Origin: an uncultured delta proteobacterium
GTDB lineage: Bacteria; Desulfobacterota; Binatia; UBA9968
Assembly: GCA_963745835.1 (NCBI GenBank)
Contig: CAVUZH010000020.1
Span: 137,040-201,039, forward strand
Length of the DNA: 64,000 bases
Direction of reading: 5' to 3'
Both the position numbers and the translations under genes were made by a program. A model generated the notes under the pieces. That model had not been told where the DNA came from. It saw only the letters and a program-made list of their open reading frames with translations, and searched no databases. Positions within the stretch are counted from its first letter, which is position 1. Every line of letters starts with the position of its first letter. Positions 31,647-42,840 of this stretch are shown here, piece after piece.

Positions 31647-32576
31647 ATGCGAATTGCGGTGATGGGCACAGGAGCGGTGGGCGGATACTTCGGCGCGAAA
31701 CTTGCCGCTGCCGGCGATGATGTCGTATTCATTGCCCGACAAAGACATCTGCCAGGGTTGCGCCGCAGCGGATTGCGCATCGAAAGCTTCAATGGCGATC
31801 TGCGCGTGCGCAATGGGTTGTTTACCGACTCGCCTGCCGATGCCGGCGTGATGGATTTGGTGCTCTTCTGCGTCAAGTCTTACGATACAACTGAAGCGGC
31901 AGCGGCGCTGGCCCCAATGATCAGCAAACAAACGGCCATTCTTTCGCTTCAAAATGGCATCGATAATCCCGACAAGATAGCCGGATTTTGGGGCACGGAA
32001 AGAACTTTGGCCGGCGTGGTTTATATCGGCGCACAGGTGTCGGCCCCGGGTGTGATCCAGCATTCGTCCGGGGGGAAGATCGTTCTCGGACCGATTAGCG
32101 GTCATCCGGGCGACACCGCTCACAGAGTCGAGCAAAGGCTGTCGCGCGCGGCGATCCCATGCGCGATCAGCGCCGCCATCGAGCAAGTTCAGTGGGCAAA
32201 GCTGCTGTGGAATGCGCCCTTCTGCGCCATTTCGTGCTTAACCCGCTCCACGGTTCGTGAGATCGTCGAGTCGGAAGCTCTCACCAATCTTGCCTTGGAC
32301 TGCATGAAAGAAGTCCAAGCCGCGGCGCGCATTCGCGGCATCGACCTGAAGACCGAACTATTTGATCAAACACTGGCTTTTTCCAAGGGCTTGGGCGATT
32401 TCAAAACGTCGATGCTGCAGGATCTGGAAGCACGTAAGCCGCTCGAATACGACGCCCTCAACGGATTTGTCATGCGCTTACTGGAGCGAGCCGGAGAGCA
32501 AGCGACCATCAACAGGGTGTTTCACGGTACGTTGAGTTTTCTGGATAACAAAGTTCGCGAGGAGGCCTCAGGCTAA
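31647..32576 (+). CDS. panE: 2-dehydropantoate 2-reductase
   Basis: GTGAVGG, VKSYDT, LQNG, WAKLLWN, TSMLQDLEA.KPLE.DALNG. Confidence 0.92.
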   Translation: MRIAVMGTGAVGGYFGAKLAAAGDDVVFIARQRHLPGLRRSGLRIESFNGDLRVRNGLFTDSPADAGVMDLVLFCVKSYDTTEAAAALAPMISKQTAILSLQNGIDNPDKIAGFWGTERTLAGVVYIGAQVSAPGVIQHSSGGKIVLGPISGHPGDTAHRVEQRLSRAAIPCAISAAIEQVQWAKLLWNAPFCAISCLTRSTVREIVESEALTNLALDCMKEVQAAARIRGIDLKTELFDQTLAFSKGLGDFKTSMLQDLEARKPLEYDALNGFVMRLLERAGEQATINRVFHGTLSFLDNKVREEASG

Positions 32577-32579
32577 CAC

Positions 32580-33488
32580 ATGCGACAAGTACTACGGATG
32601 CGGAGGATGACGCGAGTTCTATTACTCACAGTCGGCGGGTTTTTTATGGCAGCAGCGACGGTCAATGCTCAGGCCAATAAGGATCTCGTTGCCCAAGGCC
32701 AGTACCTCTTCGCCATCGCAGGCGGTTGCGCCTGTCATACTGTGCCAAAAGAAACTTACCATACCGGCGGCCGTGCGTTTCCGATTCCCTTGGGCACCGT
32801 GTTCAGCACAAACATCACTCAAGACAAAGAAACCGGATTGGGAGATTGGAGCGATCAGCAAATTCATGACGCTATGAACGCCGGGATCAGGCGCGACGGC
32901 AGCCGGTTGTTGCCCGTAATGCCGTACGAAGCCTATTCCGGCATGGCTCAGCAAGATCTTAAATCGTTGCTCGCTTACATGAGGACTTTGAAACCGGTGA
33001 AAAAAACGACGCCTGATCTGAAGACGTGGGTGCCCTTGGTGCGCAGCGTGGCAGTGCCTGTTTATCTCAAAGTCTTTGGCGGTTCATCGAATTCGCCCGC
33101 GCAAGCGCCAAAGAGCGGGGTCGAACGCGGGCGTTACCTGGTTAATCACGTGTCGATTTGCGGCGATTGCCACACGTCAAGAAACTCGATTGGCGTTCCA
33201 AACCGTTCGCAATACCTTGCCGGCACCATCGCTAAAAATGGCCCGCTCGGAGAAGAGGTGCCGAACATTACATCTGACAAAGAAACCGGTATCGGCGATT
33301 GGAAACGCGAAGATATTGCCGAGCTACTAATTACGGGGACAAAACCAGACTTCGATAATGTGCAGGGTCTCATGTCCGAGGTCATCCAGGGAACCCCGCA
33401 CGGCTATAAAGACATGCGGCGGGAAGACGCCCTGGCTATCGCCGACTATCTAAAGTCGATCCCGCCGATCAAGAACAAGATCAAATAG
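32580..33488 (+). CDS. Periplasmic diheme cytochrome c (dehydrogenase cytochrome-subunit-like)
   Basis: Signal peptide; two repeats with G.YL, heme motifs CACH and CGDCH, NIT.DKETG.GDW, MPY, AIADYLKS. Confidence 0.88.
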   Translation: MRQVLRMRRMTRVLLLTVGGFFMAAATVNAQANKDLVAQGQYLFAIAGGCACHTVPKETYHTGGRAFPIPLGTVFSTNITQDKETGLGDWSDQQIHDAMNAGIRRDGSRLLPVMPYEAYSGMAQQDLKSLLAYMRTLKPVKKTTPDLKTWVPLVRSVAVPVYLKVFGGSSNSPAQAPKSGVERGRYLVNHVSICGDCHTSRNSIGVPNRSQYLAGTIAKNGPLGEEVPNITSDKETGIGDWKREDIAELLITGTKPDFDNVQGLMSEVIQGTPHGYKDMRREDALAIADYLKSIPPIKNKIK

Positions 33489-33562
33489 CGCCGCGGCGCT
33501 TGTTAGCAGGCACGTAAAATCAACTTCGTTTAACGAAGTGGTAAGGTGAGTAAGCCTCGACG

Positions 33563-34543
<981 letters not shown>

Positions 34544-34560
34544 CGAACTGCCTTTCTGAT

Positions 34561-35937
34561 CTAGCGGATAAGGTCGCGGTACTCGAGTGGCATTCGCTGT
34601 TTCTCCGCCGGAGCCTCAGGCACGTGAGCGGGTAATGGCACATTGCTAACCGGTAGTTTTGGTCGATTTCTATTTTCTGTGCCGTCTTTGCTCGATGTCG
34701 TCATGCCGCTGCTATCAGCGGCAATTTCCTCCGGCAACTGCACGGTCACATACTTAGCCCCTTTGATGCCATCCGGGCCTTGCTCGCCCGGTTGACGGTA
34801 ACGCTCGGCCGGTGGTCCGTCCTTGGGCATCTCTTCAGATCTGTTCTTACCTGACCTCCCTTCCGAGTTTTGTTTCATTTTACCTGCGGATTCATCAGTC
34901 GTCTTCTCGGGATTGTTCGGGTCCGATTGACTAGCCTTCTGCTCTTTTTGATCGCCTAAATTTTTTTCTTGTCCTTTCCCCTGGGGATCTCCCTGCGCCG
35001 ATTTTCCGTCTTTCATCTCCGGATTTAACTGCGCGGACAGTTCGCCCTTGGAGTCGCCACCGCCGCCTTGGCTCGTCTTTCCTTCGCCTTGGCCCTCCTG
35101 TGAAGCATTGCTCTGCACACCGCCACTGTCCTTTTTTTGTTCCTGCTGGCCTCCGCCGGCGGTCTCTTGTTCAAGACTCTTCAACGTACTGCTGGCGTCA
35201 CTTAGGAGATTTTGATTATCCTGCTCCTGTTCTCTGTCTTGCTGTCGTTCGATCTGCTCCTGCATCTCGTCAATCAACGATTGCTTTTCCTGTGACGCAA
35301 CTTGTAAATTATCAAGCTTATCGGCCAGCGATTGCAGGCCGCGAGCAATTTCCGCCAGCGGCGGGCGGTGTATCATTTGCTCTGCTAAGTCACGAATCCG
35401 CTGCTGCGGCGACACGCCAGATTTCGTGAAGCTGCTGTTTACAAGCAAATGGAACAGGAGGATTAGTGCGAGCGAACCGATTGTCGACCAGTAGAAGGGC
35501 CGCTTGAGCTGATAAGGGAAGTCGCGTCTTATCTCAACGCGACTCAACATTCCCATCGCTTCACGCCGCAGACGAGCCAGCATAGCCTCGGATGAGGGCG
35601 ATAATTCTATCGTGGCCAATGTTACGAAACGATCTTTCGCGTCTGCCTTATCATCGACCAGGCGCGCTGCCGCCGGCATTGACAGCACTCGCGGACGAAT
35701 TCGAAGAATAACCGCGAGCAGTCCGATTACAATCACTGCTAAAGCCAGCAAAAGCAGCGGAAGCGCCGGAATCCATGCCCCCCGATACACGACAGCAAGC
35801 AAATAGAGGAGGGCCAAAACGGGCGGAGAAAAAGTAAGCAGGGAATCCCAAACGACGTGATTGCGCAAATGTCGAACTAGACGATGAACGAAATCCTCCG
35901 GCGATCCATATTCCTGTTTGCCGACATAGCCATGCAT
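34561..35937 (-). CDS. Membrane-anchored protein with coiled coil and Q/G/S/K-rich tail (MoxR-associated)
   Basis: Three TM segments, AARLVD....KDRFVT, low-complexity C-terminus ending MPLEYRDLIR; directly upstream of moxR. Confidence 0.7.
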   Translation of the reverse strand: MHGYVGKQEYGSPEDFVHRLVRHLRNHVVWDSLLTFSPPVLALLYLLAVVYRGAWIPALPLLLLALAVIVIGLLAVILRIRPRVLSMPAAARLVDDKADAKDRFVTLATIELSPSSEAMLARLRREAMGMLSRVEIRRDFPYQLKRPFYWSTIGSLALILLFHLLVNSSFTKSGVSPQQRIRDLAEQMIHRPPLAEIARGLQSLADKLDNLQVASQEKQSLIDEMQEQIERQQDREQEQDNQNLLSDASSTLKSLEQETAGGGQQEQKKDSGGVQSNASQEGQGEGKTSQGGGGDSKGELSAQLNPEMKDGKSAQGDPQGKGQEKNLGDQKEQKASQSDPNNPEKTTDESAGKMKQNSEGRSGKNRSEEMPKDGPPAERYRQPGEQGPDGIKGAKYVTVQLPEEIAADSSGMTTSSKDGTENRNRPKLPVSNVPLPAHVPEAPAEKQRMPLEYRDLIR

Positions 35938-35983
35938 AACGCTGGACTATAACATTTCAACGGGATGGCATAAATGCGCGCGC

Positions 35984-37015
35984 CTAACGGAGGCCAGACG
36001 TTTTGCGAGGCGCTGATGTGACCTCGCGAACGGGTTGATGGGTCCGCACCGCCTGATTATGCGACTCCAAGTCTTGTGAAAATATATGCGTGCCGTCGTT
36101 CTTTGAAACAAAGAACAGGTAGGGCACATCAGCCGGTCGCAAAGCCGCTTTGATGGACGCGAGGCTCGGATTGCAGATCGGCCCGGGCGGCAATGCCGGA
36201 ATCCGGTAGGTGTTGTAAGGATTTTGATCTTTAAGATCTTTGCGGGTTAAATTGCCATCGAATTCTTTCAAACCATAAATCACCGTTGGATCGCTTTGCA
36301 AAGCCATATTCCGTTTGAGCCGATTGTGAAAAACCGCCGAAATCCACGGCCGTTCAGCTTCGACGCCGGTTTCTTTCTCTATGATCGAAGCTAGAGTGAT
36401 GATCTCGTGGCGGTTTAAATTGTGACCGCTACTGAGTTGCGCCCAAATGGGTTCAGATGCTTTACGGAACTGCTCCGCCATGGTTAGGATAATCTCCCTT
36501 TCAGAAGTCATCGGCGTAAATTGATACGTGTTTGGAAATAAGTAACCCTCCAGCCCTTTGTCCTGTAAGCCAAGAGTTGCCAATAACTCCGGATCCGCAG
36601 CGGCTGCAAGAAACTTCTCGCGATCAGCGATCCGCATTTTTGCGAGTAGCTCGGCGATTTCCTTGATCGTCAATCCTTCTGGAATGGTCACCATTAAAAA
36701 CACCCGCTTGCCGGTAACCAAGCGCTGTAGAACCTCTTGCGGCGCCAAGGAAGGATCGAAACGATAAACACCCCACTGAATCTTTTTATCCGAGCCGGTT
36801 AACCGCGCCCATAATGAGAATAGCTTTTCGTTTGGGATCACTCGCTGAGCGCGCAGTTTGCGGACCACAGCCGCAAAGGGCTCTCCCTGCTCAACTCGCA
36901 GTTCGACTGGCTGAGAATTCTCCGAGGTGGCGCGAAAGATATGAGCTACCAGGAACCCGCCAAACAGCAAGCCAGTAGCGATCAGAGCAAGTACCGTTAG
37001 AAAAAACCGCTTCAC
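35984..37015 (-). CDS. mltG: Endolytic transglycosylase MltG
   Basis: TIPEG, LEGYLFPNTY, LASIIEKET, VFHNRL...M.LQSDPTVIY, PYNTY...LPPGPICNP. Confidence 0.95.
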   Translation of the reverse strand: MKRFFLTVLALIATGLLFGGFLVAHIFRATSENSQPVELRVEQGEPFAAVVRKLRAQRVIPNEKLFSLWARLTGSDKKIQWGVYRFDPSLAPQEVLQRLVTGKRVFLMVTIPEGLTIKEIAELLAKMRIADREKFLAAAADPELLATLGLQDKGLEGYLFPNTYQFTPMTSEREIILTMAEQFRKASEPIWAQLSSGHNLNRHEIITLASIIEKETGVEAERPWISAVFHNRLKRNMALQSDPTVIYGLKEFDGNLTRKDLKDQNPYNTYRIPALPPGPICNPSLASIKAALRPADVPYLFFVSKNDGTHIFSQDLESHNQAVRTHQPVREVTSAPRKTSGLR

Positions 37016-37063
37016 GATTCGATTAAAAAGCTGGCAGGCGGGTCAGGATAGCTGGCGTCACAA

Positions 37064-37633
37064 TCAATTTTCAGTGAGGTTGACCTTCATCCAACCATCC
37101 ACTTGCCGCAGAAAACCAGCGAAAGGATCCTCTCCCGGTTGGGCGGCAAAATAGGCCTTGCGCGTGTAATCCAGCGCGCCAGAATAATATTCAAATTTGG
37201 TTGAAAGTTCTTGGAACAGAATGAAACCCGTGCGGTAGAGCGATACGTCCAACTCCGAAACAGTCCAATAGGAGCGACTACCTTCTTTGATGTAATAATT
37301 GAGGAAACCGCGGCCTTCCACATATGTACGAAATATTCCGCTCATGAAAAGAGCGTAATCGCCGACGTATTTCCGGGTTTCTCGCTCGCGTAGAAGTTGG
37401 TTTTCGTTGGCCGGCGCCTCGGGTTCATGCGCCAGCATCTCAACAACACTTTCAATCTTCCGGCCCGCCCGCGAACGGAGGCGATAAAGACTATCGGTAC
37501 GGGCAAAATCGGTCAACACGTCAGCGACGTAGCCGGCGACCGTTGCATCATAGATGCCGAGTTGCCAGAAACTCTGGCGAACCGCATTCAAAAAGAACTC
37601 CCGGAGTTTGTTGTCCGAGCTTTGCTTTTCCAT
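37064..37633 (-). CDS. Conserved hypothetical protein
   Basis: Helical ORF with YVADVL.DF, KYVGDYALFMSGIF, YYIKEG..SY, FQELS..F; start uncertain. Confidence 0.7.
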   Translation of the reverse strand: MEKQSSDNKLREFFLNAVRQSFWQLGIYDATVAGYVADVLTDFARTDSLYRLRSRAGRKIESVVEMLAHEPEAPANENQLLRERETRKYVGDYALFMSGIFRTYVEGRGFLNYYIKEGSRSYWTVSELDVSLYRTGFILFQELSTKFEYYSGALDYTRKAYFAAQPGEDPFAGFLRQVDGWMKVNLTEN

Positions 37634-37844
37634 TCTAAGCATTGATGATACCAAACTTACCCAAGCTTGAAAAGAATATCCCAGCGGCCATGAGCCGGCT
37701 TTCACTTACGGCGACACGCCTACTAACCGATAGCGGGTACACTGAGCCCGCTTCGGCGAATGGGCAGAAATGGACGAATGGTAAAATTTGCGGTTTGTGT
37801 TTAACTAGATGCGCATTATGCCATTTTCGAAGGAGGAATTAGCG

Positions 37845-38360
37845 ATGGCGCGGGATTTAAAAGAGGCCTTTTTTCGTCTTGACGGCGCTTGGGCGTCATT
37901 CGAGCTCGGATCGATTCGGCGCCGTGACGATTACCTCAAACCTTTTCGAGTACTCCGCTGTAAAATCGACGATCAGGTCGACTTCCAAAGCCCGGGAGCA
38001 CCCCAGAGTGCAACCGAGGCTTCCGTTTTGATCGAAGTCTTCGGCGAACAGGAGCTGGTGGCCGCGAGCGGGCGCGGCCCTGTTCATGCAGTCGACAATG
38101 CCATGCGCAAAATCCTTGAAAAACATTTCCCGCAACTCGCCGAAGTCAAGCTCGAGGAGTTCGATGTGCGGCTGCTGCCATACGAGCCGCGCGATGACGA
38201 TGATAATGGCGCCGGCGCGCTCGTTCGTGTGCTGGGCATCTTTTCCGATGGAGAGGATCGTTGGGGAACCGTCGGTGTCGCAGTCGATATCCTCCAGGCA
38301 AGCCTTGAGTGCATCATCGACGGCCTGGAATGGAAGCTCAGAGGCGAGCAGAAGCATTGA
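37845..38360 (+). CDS. Stand-alone LeuA/CimA allosteric (dimerisation) domain protein
   Basis: AGGAGG RBS; ASFEL, EASV, AASGRGPVHAVDNAMRK.L...FPQL.EVKL.EFDVR, VRVL, WGTVGV..DILQAS. Confidence 0.8.
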   Translation: MARDLKEAFFRLDGAWASFELGSIRRRDDYLKPFRVLRCKIDDQVDFQSPGAPQSATEASVLIEVFGEQELVAASGRGPVHAVDNAMRKILEKHFPQLAEVKLEEFDVRLLPYEPRDDDDNGAGALVRVLGIFSDGEDRWGTVGVAVDILQASLECIIDGLEWKLRGEQKH

Positions 38361-38400
38361 AACTGTGCTAGTGCCGCCGATTGCCTGGCCGTGGGTATTC

Positions 38401-39246
38401 ATGTCGTCGTTGCCACTGAATCTTCTGTTTTGGACAGTGCTCTCAACAACATTGGTCGGCGGTTGCAGGATCGAGGACAGATTTATTTTTCATCCTGATC
38501 ATGTTACGGACCGGGATCCAAGTCATATCGGACTCACATTCGAAAACGTTTTCTTTACAACGCAAGATGGCATCCGGTTACACGGCTGGTTTATCCCGCA
38601 TGAAGACGCCCGCGCCACTCTTGTCTGGTTTCACGGCAACGCCGGAAATATTAGTGATCGCCTGCTCAATATCAAGCTGCTCCACGACAGGATCAACACT
38701 AATATCTTTATTTTTGACTATCGCGGCTACGGTCAAAGCGAAGGGAGCGTCTCGGAGAAAGGCACGTACCTTGATGGCGAGGCGGCAATTGCATATTTGC
38801 TGGGGCGCGATGACGCCGCCGCGCGCAAGCTAATCCTGTTCGGCCGATCGCTTGGCGCGGCGGTCGCCGCAGAGATGGCCACCCGATTCACTACCCTCGG
38901 CCTGATCCTGGAAAGCCCGTTCGTTTCAATCCGGGAAATGGCACTTGAGATTTTTCCTTCATTACCGATTGGTTGGCTGCTCCGGACCCGGTACGACACC
39001 CTGGAAAAAGTTCGCCTGGTTAAAACCCCGATATTGGTTTTGCACGGCGACCGTGACGCCACCGTTCCGTTCGCACACGGAAAAAGAATTTTCGAGGTTG
39101 CCTCGCAACCTAAAAGATTTCACCGGATCATCGGCGCCTCGCACAACGACACTTTCGTTGTTGGCGGCGAAAAGTACTACGAAATTTTGCGAGAGTTTAT
39201 CGAAAGCACGTTTGCAGCAAATGAAAAGATTGAGCTGTCGCCTTAG
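38401..39246 (+). CDS. Alpha/beta hydrolase (ABHD13/BEM46-like)
   Basis: FHGNAGN, DYRGYGQSEG, GRSLG nucleophile elbow, HGDRD, SHND. Confidence 0.9.
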   Translation: MSSLPLNLLFWTVLSTTLVGGCRIEDRFIFHPDHVTDRDPSHIGLTFENVFFTTQDGIRLHGWFIPHEDARATLVWFHGNAGNISDRLLNIKLLHDRINTNIFIFDYRGYGQSEGSVSEKGTYLDGEAAIAYLLGRDDAAARKLILFGRSLGAAVAAEMATRFTTLGLILESPFVSIREMALEIFPSLPIGWLLRTRYDTLEKVRLVKTPILVLHGDRDATVPFAHGKRIFEVASQPKRFHRIIGASHNDTFVVGGEKYYEILREFIESTFAANEKIELSP

Positions 39247-39333
39247 CGGCGCAAGGTATTCAGGAGTCGAGGCGGGCGAGGTGAATCACTATGCGCATTC
39301 AATAGCGGCTCATGAACAGCCGGAGAACGACAT

Positions 39334-41061
39334 TTAGAGTAATGATGCTTGGGCCTTGGTCCAAGCCGGCAGGTAAGCATTTCTGAGATACTGAAACATC
39401 ATTCGTTGCGTGTTGAAAAACGAACCATTGAAGGCGACTGCCGAGCGCATGACATGAGCAAATTTATCAGGAGCGTTGTAATAAAGAGGTAGAATTACTT
39501 CTCCCAATTTGTAGTAAAGAGAATCTACCTCAGTCTTGGTGTCGCCATCGCCGGAGCCCAATCCGCCGATTGACCACCCGGTCACTCCCTCTATGTGGCC
39601 CTCAATCCACCAGCCATCTAAAACACTCAAGCTGGGCACGCCATTCAAGGCAGCTTTCATGCCGCTGGTACCAGAGGCTTCCTGAGGCCGCAGCGGAGTA
39701 TTCAGCCAAACATCGACACCAGCACAAATCATTTTGCCGAGGGCCATATCGTAGTTTTCGAGATAAACGACCCGGACATCATTGGCCAGAGCTGCCGCTG
39801 CTTCAAAGATTCGACGAATGATCGCTTTTCCGCCATCATCACGGGGGTGGGCTTTACCGGCATAGATCAGCTGAAGCGGTCCCACCTGTCGCGCAATATT
39901 CTTCAACCGATCTAAATCGGTGAAGAGCAGATCACCGCGCTTGTACGCCGTTGCGCGACGCGCAAAACCTAGAGTAAAAACGGCCTCGTCGAGTTGGCTG
40001 CCGGTCAGCCAGCGCACCTGCTGCAATAGTTCCCTCTTGGCTTCGGCGTGAGCTTCGCGAACTTGCTGCAAAGGAAACCCGATCGCATGGCGAAGATAAC
40101 AATTGTCGCGGCGCCAATCGGGTATGTGCCGGTCAAACAAGGTGGCGATCGGTTTCGCTATCCAGGCTTCGGCGTGAACGCCGTTGGTGATCGCTTCGAC
40201 ACGTTGGCCGGGGAACATCTCGCGGGAGACCTCGCCATGCCGCATCGATACGGCATTAACATAACCAGACAAACGCAGCGCCAGCTGGGTCATATTGAGC
40301 GAACCGTCCATGACTCCCACCTGACGCAGGAGCGCCCCGCGAGCTTCACCCAACACCTGATACACGAGGTCTGCGGGAAAGCGATCGTGCCCGGCCGGAA
40401 CCGGCGTGTGAGTCGTAAAAACACACTGCCGCCGCACCGTTTCGATCTCGGTCTCAGAGAAGCGATGATTGGCGGATAGCTGCTCCAATAACGCTATGGT
40501 CGCTAGCGCGGAATGTCCTTCGTTCATGTGGTAGATCTTGAAGCCGGGGTAGTTTAGTGCGCGAAGCATCTGCACACCACCCAGTCCTAGTACCGCCTCC
40601 TGACAAAGACGGTAACGATCATCGCCGCCATAGAGATGATCGGTCAGAACTCGATCGCGTGAATCGTTCTCATCTAGGTCCGTATCTAGCAACAATAACG
40701 GGACGGTGTGGCCCATGATACCATGGAAGCGATACTGCCAGGCCCGTATTTTTACCTCCCTGCCTTCAATCATCACCGAAACGCGCGGCGGCAACGCTTC
40801 GAGAAACTTTTCTGGAGACCACTGCGATGGACTCTCTAATTGATTGCCAACGGCATCAAGCCGCTGATCAAAATAACCTTTTCGATGCAGGAGCGTGAAG
40901 GCGACCATCGGAACGCCCAAATCAGCTGCCGAGCGCAACGTATCACCGGACAAGATACCGAGGCCGCCGCTGTAGGTTGGAATATCCGAATCAATAGCCA
41001 CGTCCATTGAAAAGTACGCGATTGTCGCCGGAACAGAAAAAGCAGTTGGTTCAGTCATCAT
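39334..41061 (-). CDS. glgP: Alpha-glucan phosphorylase (short form)
   Basis: YSGGLGILSGD, HMNEGH, FTTHTPVPAGHD, ITNGVH, FARRATAYKR, GKAHP, EASGTSGMKAALNG. Confidence 0.95.
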   Translation of the reverse strand: MMTEPTAFSVPATIAYFSMDVAIDSDIPTYSGGLGILSGDTLRSAADLGVPMVAFTLLHRKGYFDQRLDAVGNQLESPSQWSPEKFLEALPPRVSVMIEGREVKIRAWQYRFHGIMGHTVPLLLLDTDLDENDSRDRVLTDHLYGGDDRYRLCQEAVLGLGGVQMLRALNYPGFKIYHMNEGHSALATIALLEQLSANHRFSETEIETVRRQCVFTTHTPVPAGHDRFPADLVYQVLGEARGALLRQVGVMDGSLNMTQLALRLSGYVNAVSMRHGEVSREMFPGQRVEAITNGVHAEAWIAKPIATLFDRHIPDWRRDNCYLRHAIGFPLQQVREAHAEAKRELLQQVRWLTGSQLDEAVFTLGFARRATAYKRGDLLFTDLDRLKNIARQVGPLQLIYAGKAHPRDDGGKAIIRRIFEAAAALANDVRVVYLENYDMALGKMICAGVDVWLNTPLRPQEASGTSGMKAALNGVPSLSVLDGWWIEGHIEGVTGWSIGGLGSGDGDTKTEVDSLYYKLGEVILPLYYNAPDKFAHVMRSAVAFNGSFFNTQRMMFQYLRNAYLPAWTKAQASLL

Positions 41062-41201
41062 CCGTAAAATCTTGCGTTTGTCGCGTTAAATACAGGTTCG
41101 ATGGTCTGGAGGGGAAATCAATCGTTTGCTCAATTTTTACCCCAAAATGATACCACGGGCGGCAAATCACGGCAATTCTTTGCTGCTAATTATGGGAACA
41201 G

Positions 41202-41921
41202 TTATGGATCGAGTCGATAAGTAGATATGAAATTTTTCCAGGATCCCAGTTCCGCAAGAGATCGCAGAGCGATCAGTGTCGGAGGCATCATCGGCAGACC
41301 TCCCGACCCGGATAATTTTAAAGCTTCTTGCGGGGTGAGCCAAACGCTCTCGGCGACTTCCTCGGAACAATCGAGAGGTGTTTGTCCTTCCGGCAGGGAA
41401 CCCACATAAAACCGGGTGTCGAAACGCACCGGGTGATGATTCGGAGTAATCCGATGGAACAGGTAAGTCAGCCGACCAACGTCGCAAAAGAGTTGCTCGG
41501 ATTCCAACAAATCGGCCAACGCCAGCCTCCTGCGCCATAGTGCCTCACGACTTTGCGCCAGACGCTCCCGAAGGGCATCCAAGTTTGGTTCAAGAGAGTC
41601 CCTTTGTTTGACGAAAAAGTGAATTCCAGTTTCTTCAAACAGCTCTCGTATTGCTGCCACCCAATGGCCCATCGCTTGTTCCGGAGTCATGGCTGCGGCT
41701 AAGATCTGCTTAGCCTCGGGCGGAGACAAACCGCGGCAGCGCGCCAACATTCTATCGGACCAGTCGTCTTCTTCCACGGCTCCGCCTGGAAACACCAGAA
41801 ATCCAGCCAGAACCTTGAGATGCGGGGAACGACGGGTCATGAGAACTTCAAAACACCCGCCTCCTCCTGGTTTTGCCAGTATAACTGTTGAAGCTTTTCC
41901 GGGAACAACAAGTTCGCTCAT
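41202..41921 (-). CDS. NUDIX hydrolase (Nudt19-like)
   Basis: VFPGG, AAIRELFEETG, RFDTRFY, MMPPT. Confidence 0.88.
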   Translation of the reverse strand: MSELVVPGKASTVILAKPGGGGCFEVLMTRRSPHLKVLAGFLVFPGGAVEEDDWSDRMLARCRGLSPPEAKQILAAAMTPEQAMGHWVAAIRELFEETGIHFFVKQRDSLEPNLDALRERLAQSREALWRRRLALADLLESEQLFCDVGRLTYLFHRITPNHHPVRFDTRFYVGSLPEGQTPLDCSEEVAESVWLTPQEALKLSGSGGLPMMPPTLIALRSLAELGSWKNFISTYRLDP

Positions 41922-41993
41922 GAAACTCCTGATGGATGGCCCAGTAGTTTTGATTCGATTACTTCAGCGGCTATGCCGGACGTCCAAGAACTC

Positions 41994-42782
41994 TCACCGC
42001 CTCATGACAGTTCGAAGCGATGGCGACGGTCTGCCGATATGAATGTGCGCCCCGGTCGATGAGCCGGGAATAACATTTCTAAACGCGATAAATGGGATCC
42101 GACTTTGACGTAGATGGGCGATTAAGGAGCGGCCTTCTTGGCTGTCAGGATGAAGCGCGACATCCATCGCATCTCTATGATCGAACTGTAGTCGATCATG
42201 AATCGCCGTTTGACCATGAGCACTGACGGGCAAGCTACGGCCGAAGGTCTCAAAAAAGAAATTGTGAATCTTCGGCGCGTCACCGATAAACCAGACTCGA
42301 TCGCCGTTGAAGCGAATAAGAGAACCGGTATCACTGTAGCCATTCGCCGCTAAGCTGGGCGATTGCAACTGCTCGCCCACCAACGAAGCTTCAGTAATCG
42401 CGATATCTTGCTCGTTGAGCCAGCGTTTATCGCCTTCCAAACGCGCTATCGCCTCGCCAAGAGAGCGCTGGCTTTGCTCTAGCTCCGCTTTTGAAATTAA
42501 CCCTTGACCATAAAATTGGCGCCGCTTTTCATATTCCACGGTAAGCTTTTTAACTTCTGCCTCACGCAATGCAATTAGCTTTTCGGCTCCGGCGCGTGAG
42601 TCCCTCATCTTTTGTAGGACATCGGCGCGCAGTTGCGCCAATGTGGCATCGGCCGCCGCCGCGCGGGAGATACTCGAAGTCGGTCTGGTCTTATTAGCTT
42701 GCCCGAGGACGCTGCCGACCGACGCCGGTAATACCAGGAAAGTGAGGAGGATTAGCGGCGCTGTACGGTTTGAGAACGACAT
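41994..42782 (-). CDS. Exported coiled-coil protein with a putative Zn-peptidase (M15/LAS-like) C-terminal domain
   Basis: Signal peptide, coiled coil, then H-RDAM-D ... GAHIHIG. Confidence 0.55.
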   Translation of the reverse strand: MSFSNRTAPLILLTFLVLPASVGSVLGQANKTRPTSSISRAAAADATLAQLRADVLQKMRDSRAGAEKLIALREAEVKKLTVEYEKRRQFYGQGLISKAELEQSQRSLGEAIARLEGDKRWLNEQDIAITEASLVGEQLQSPSLAANGYSDTGSLIRFNGDRVWFIGDAPKIHNFFFETFGRSLPVSAHGQTAIHDRLQFDHRDAMDVALHPDSQEGRSLIAHLRQSRIPFIAFRNVIPGSSTGAHIHIGRPSPSLRTVMRR

Positions 42783-42840
42783 GCTGTACTAAGTTCAGCT
42801 CTTTTCACAGAGCGAAGATGTTATACTCCTTAGCACCGTG

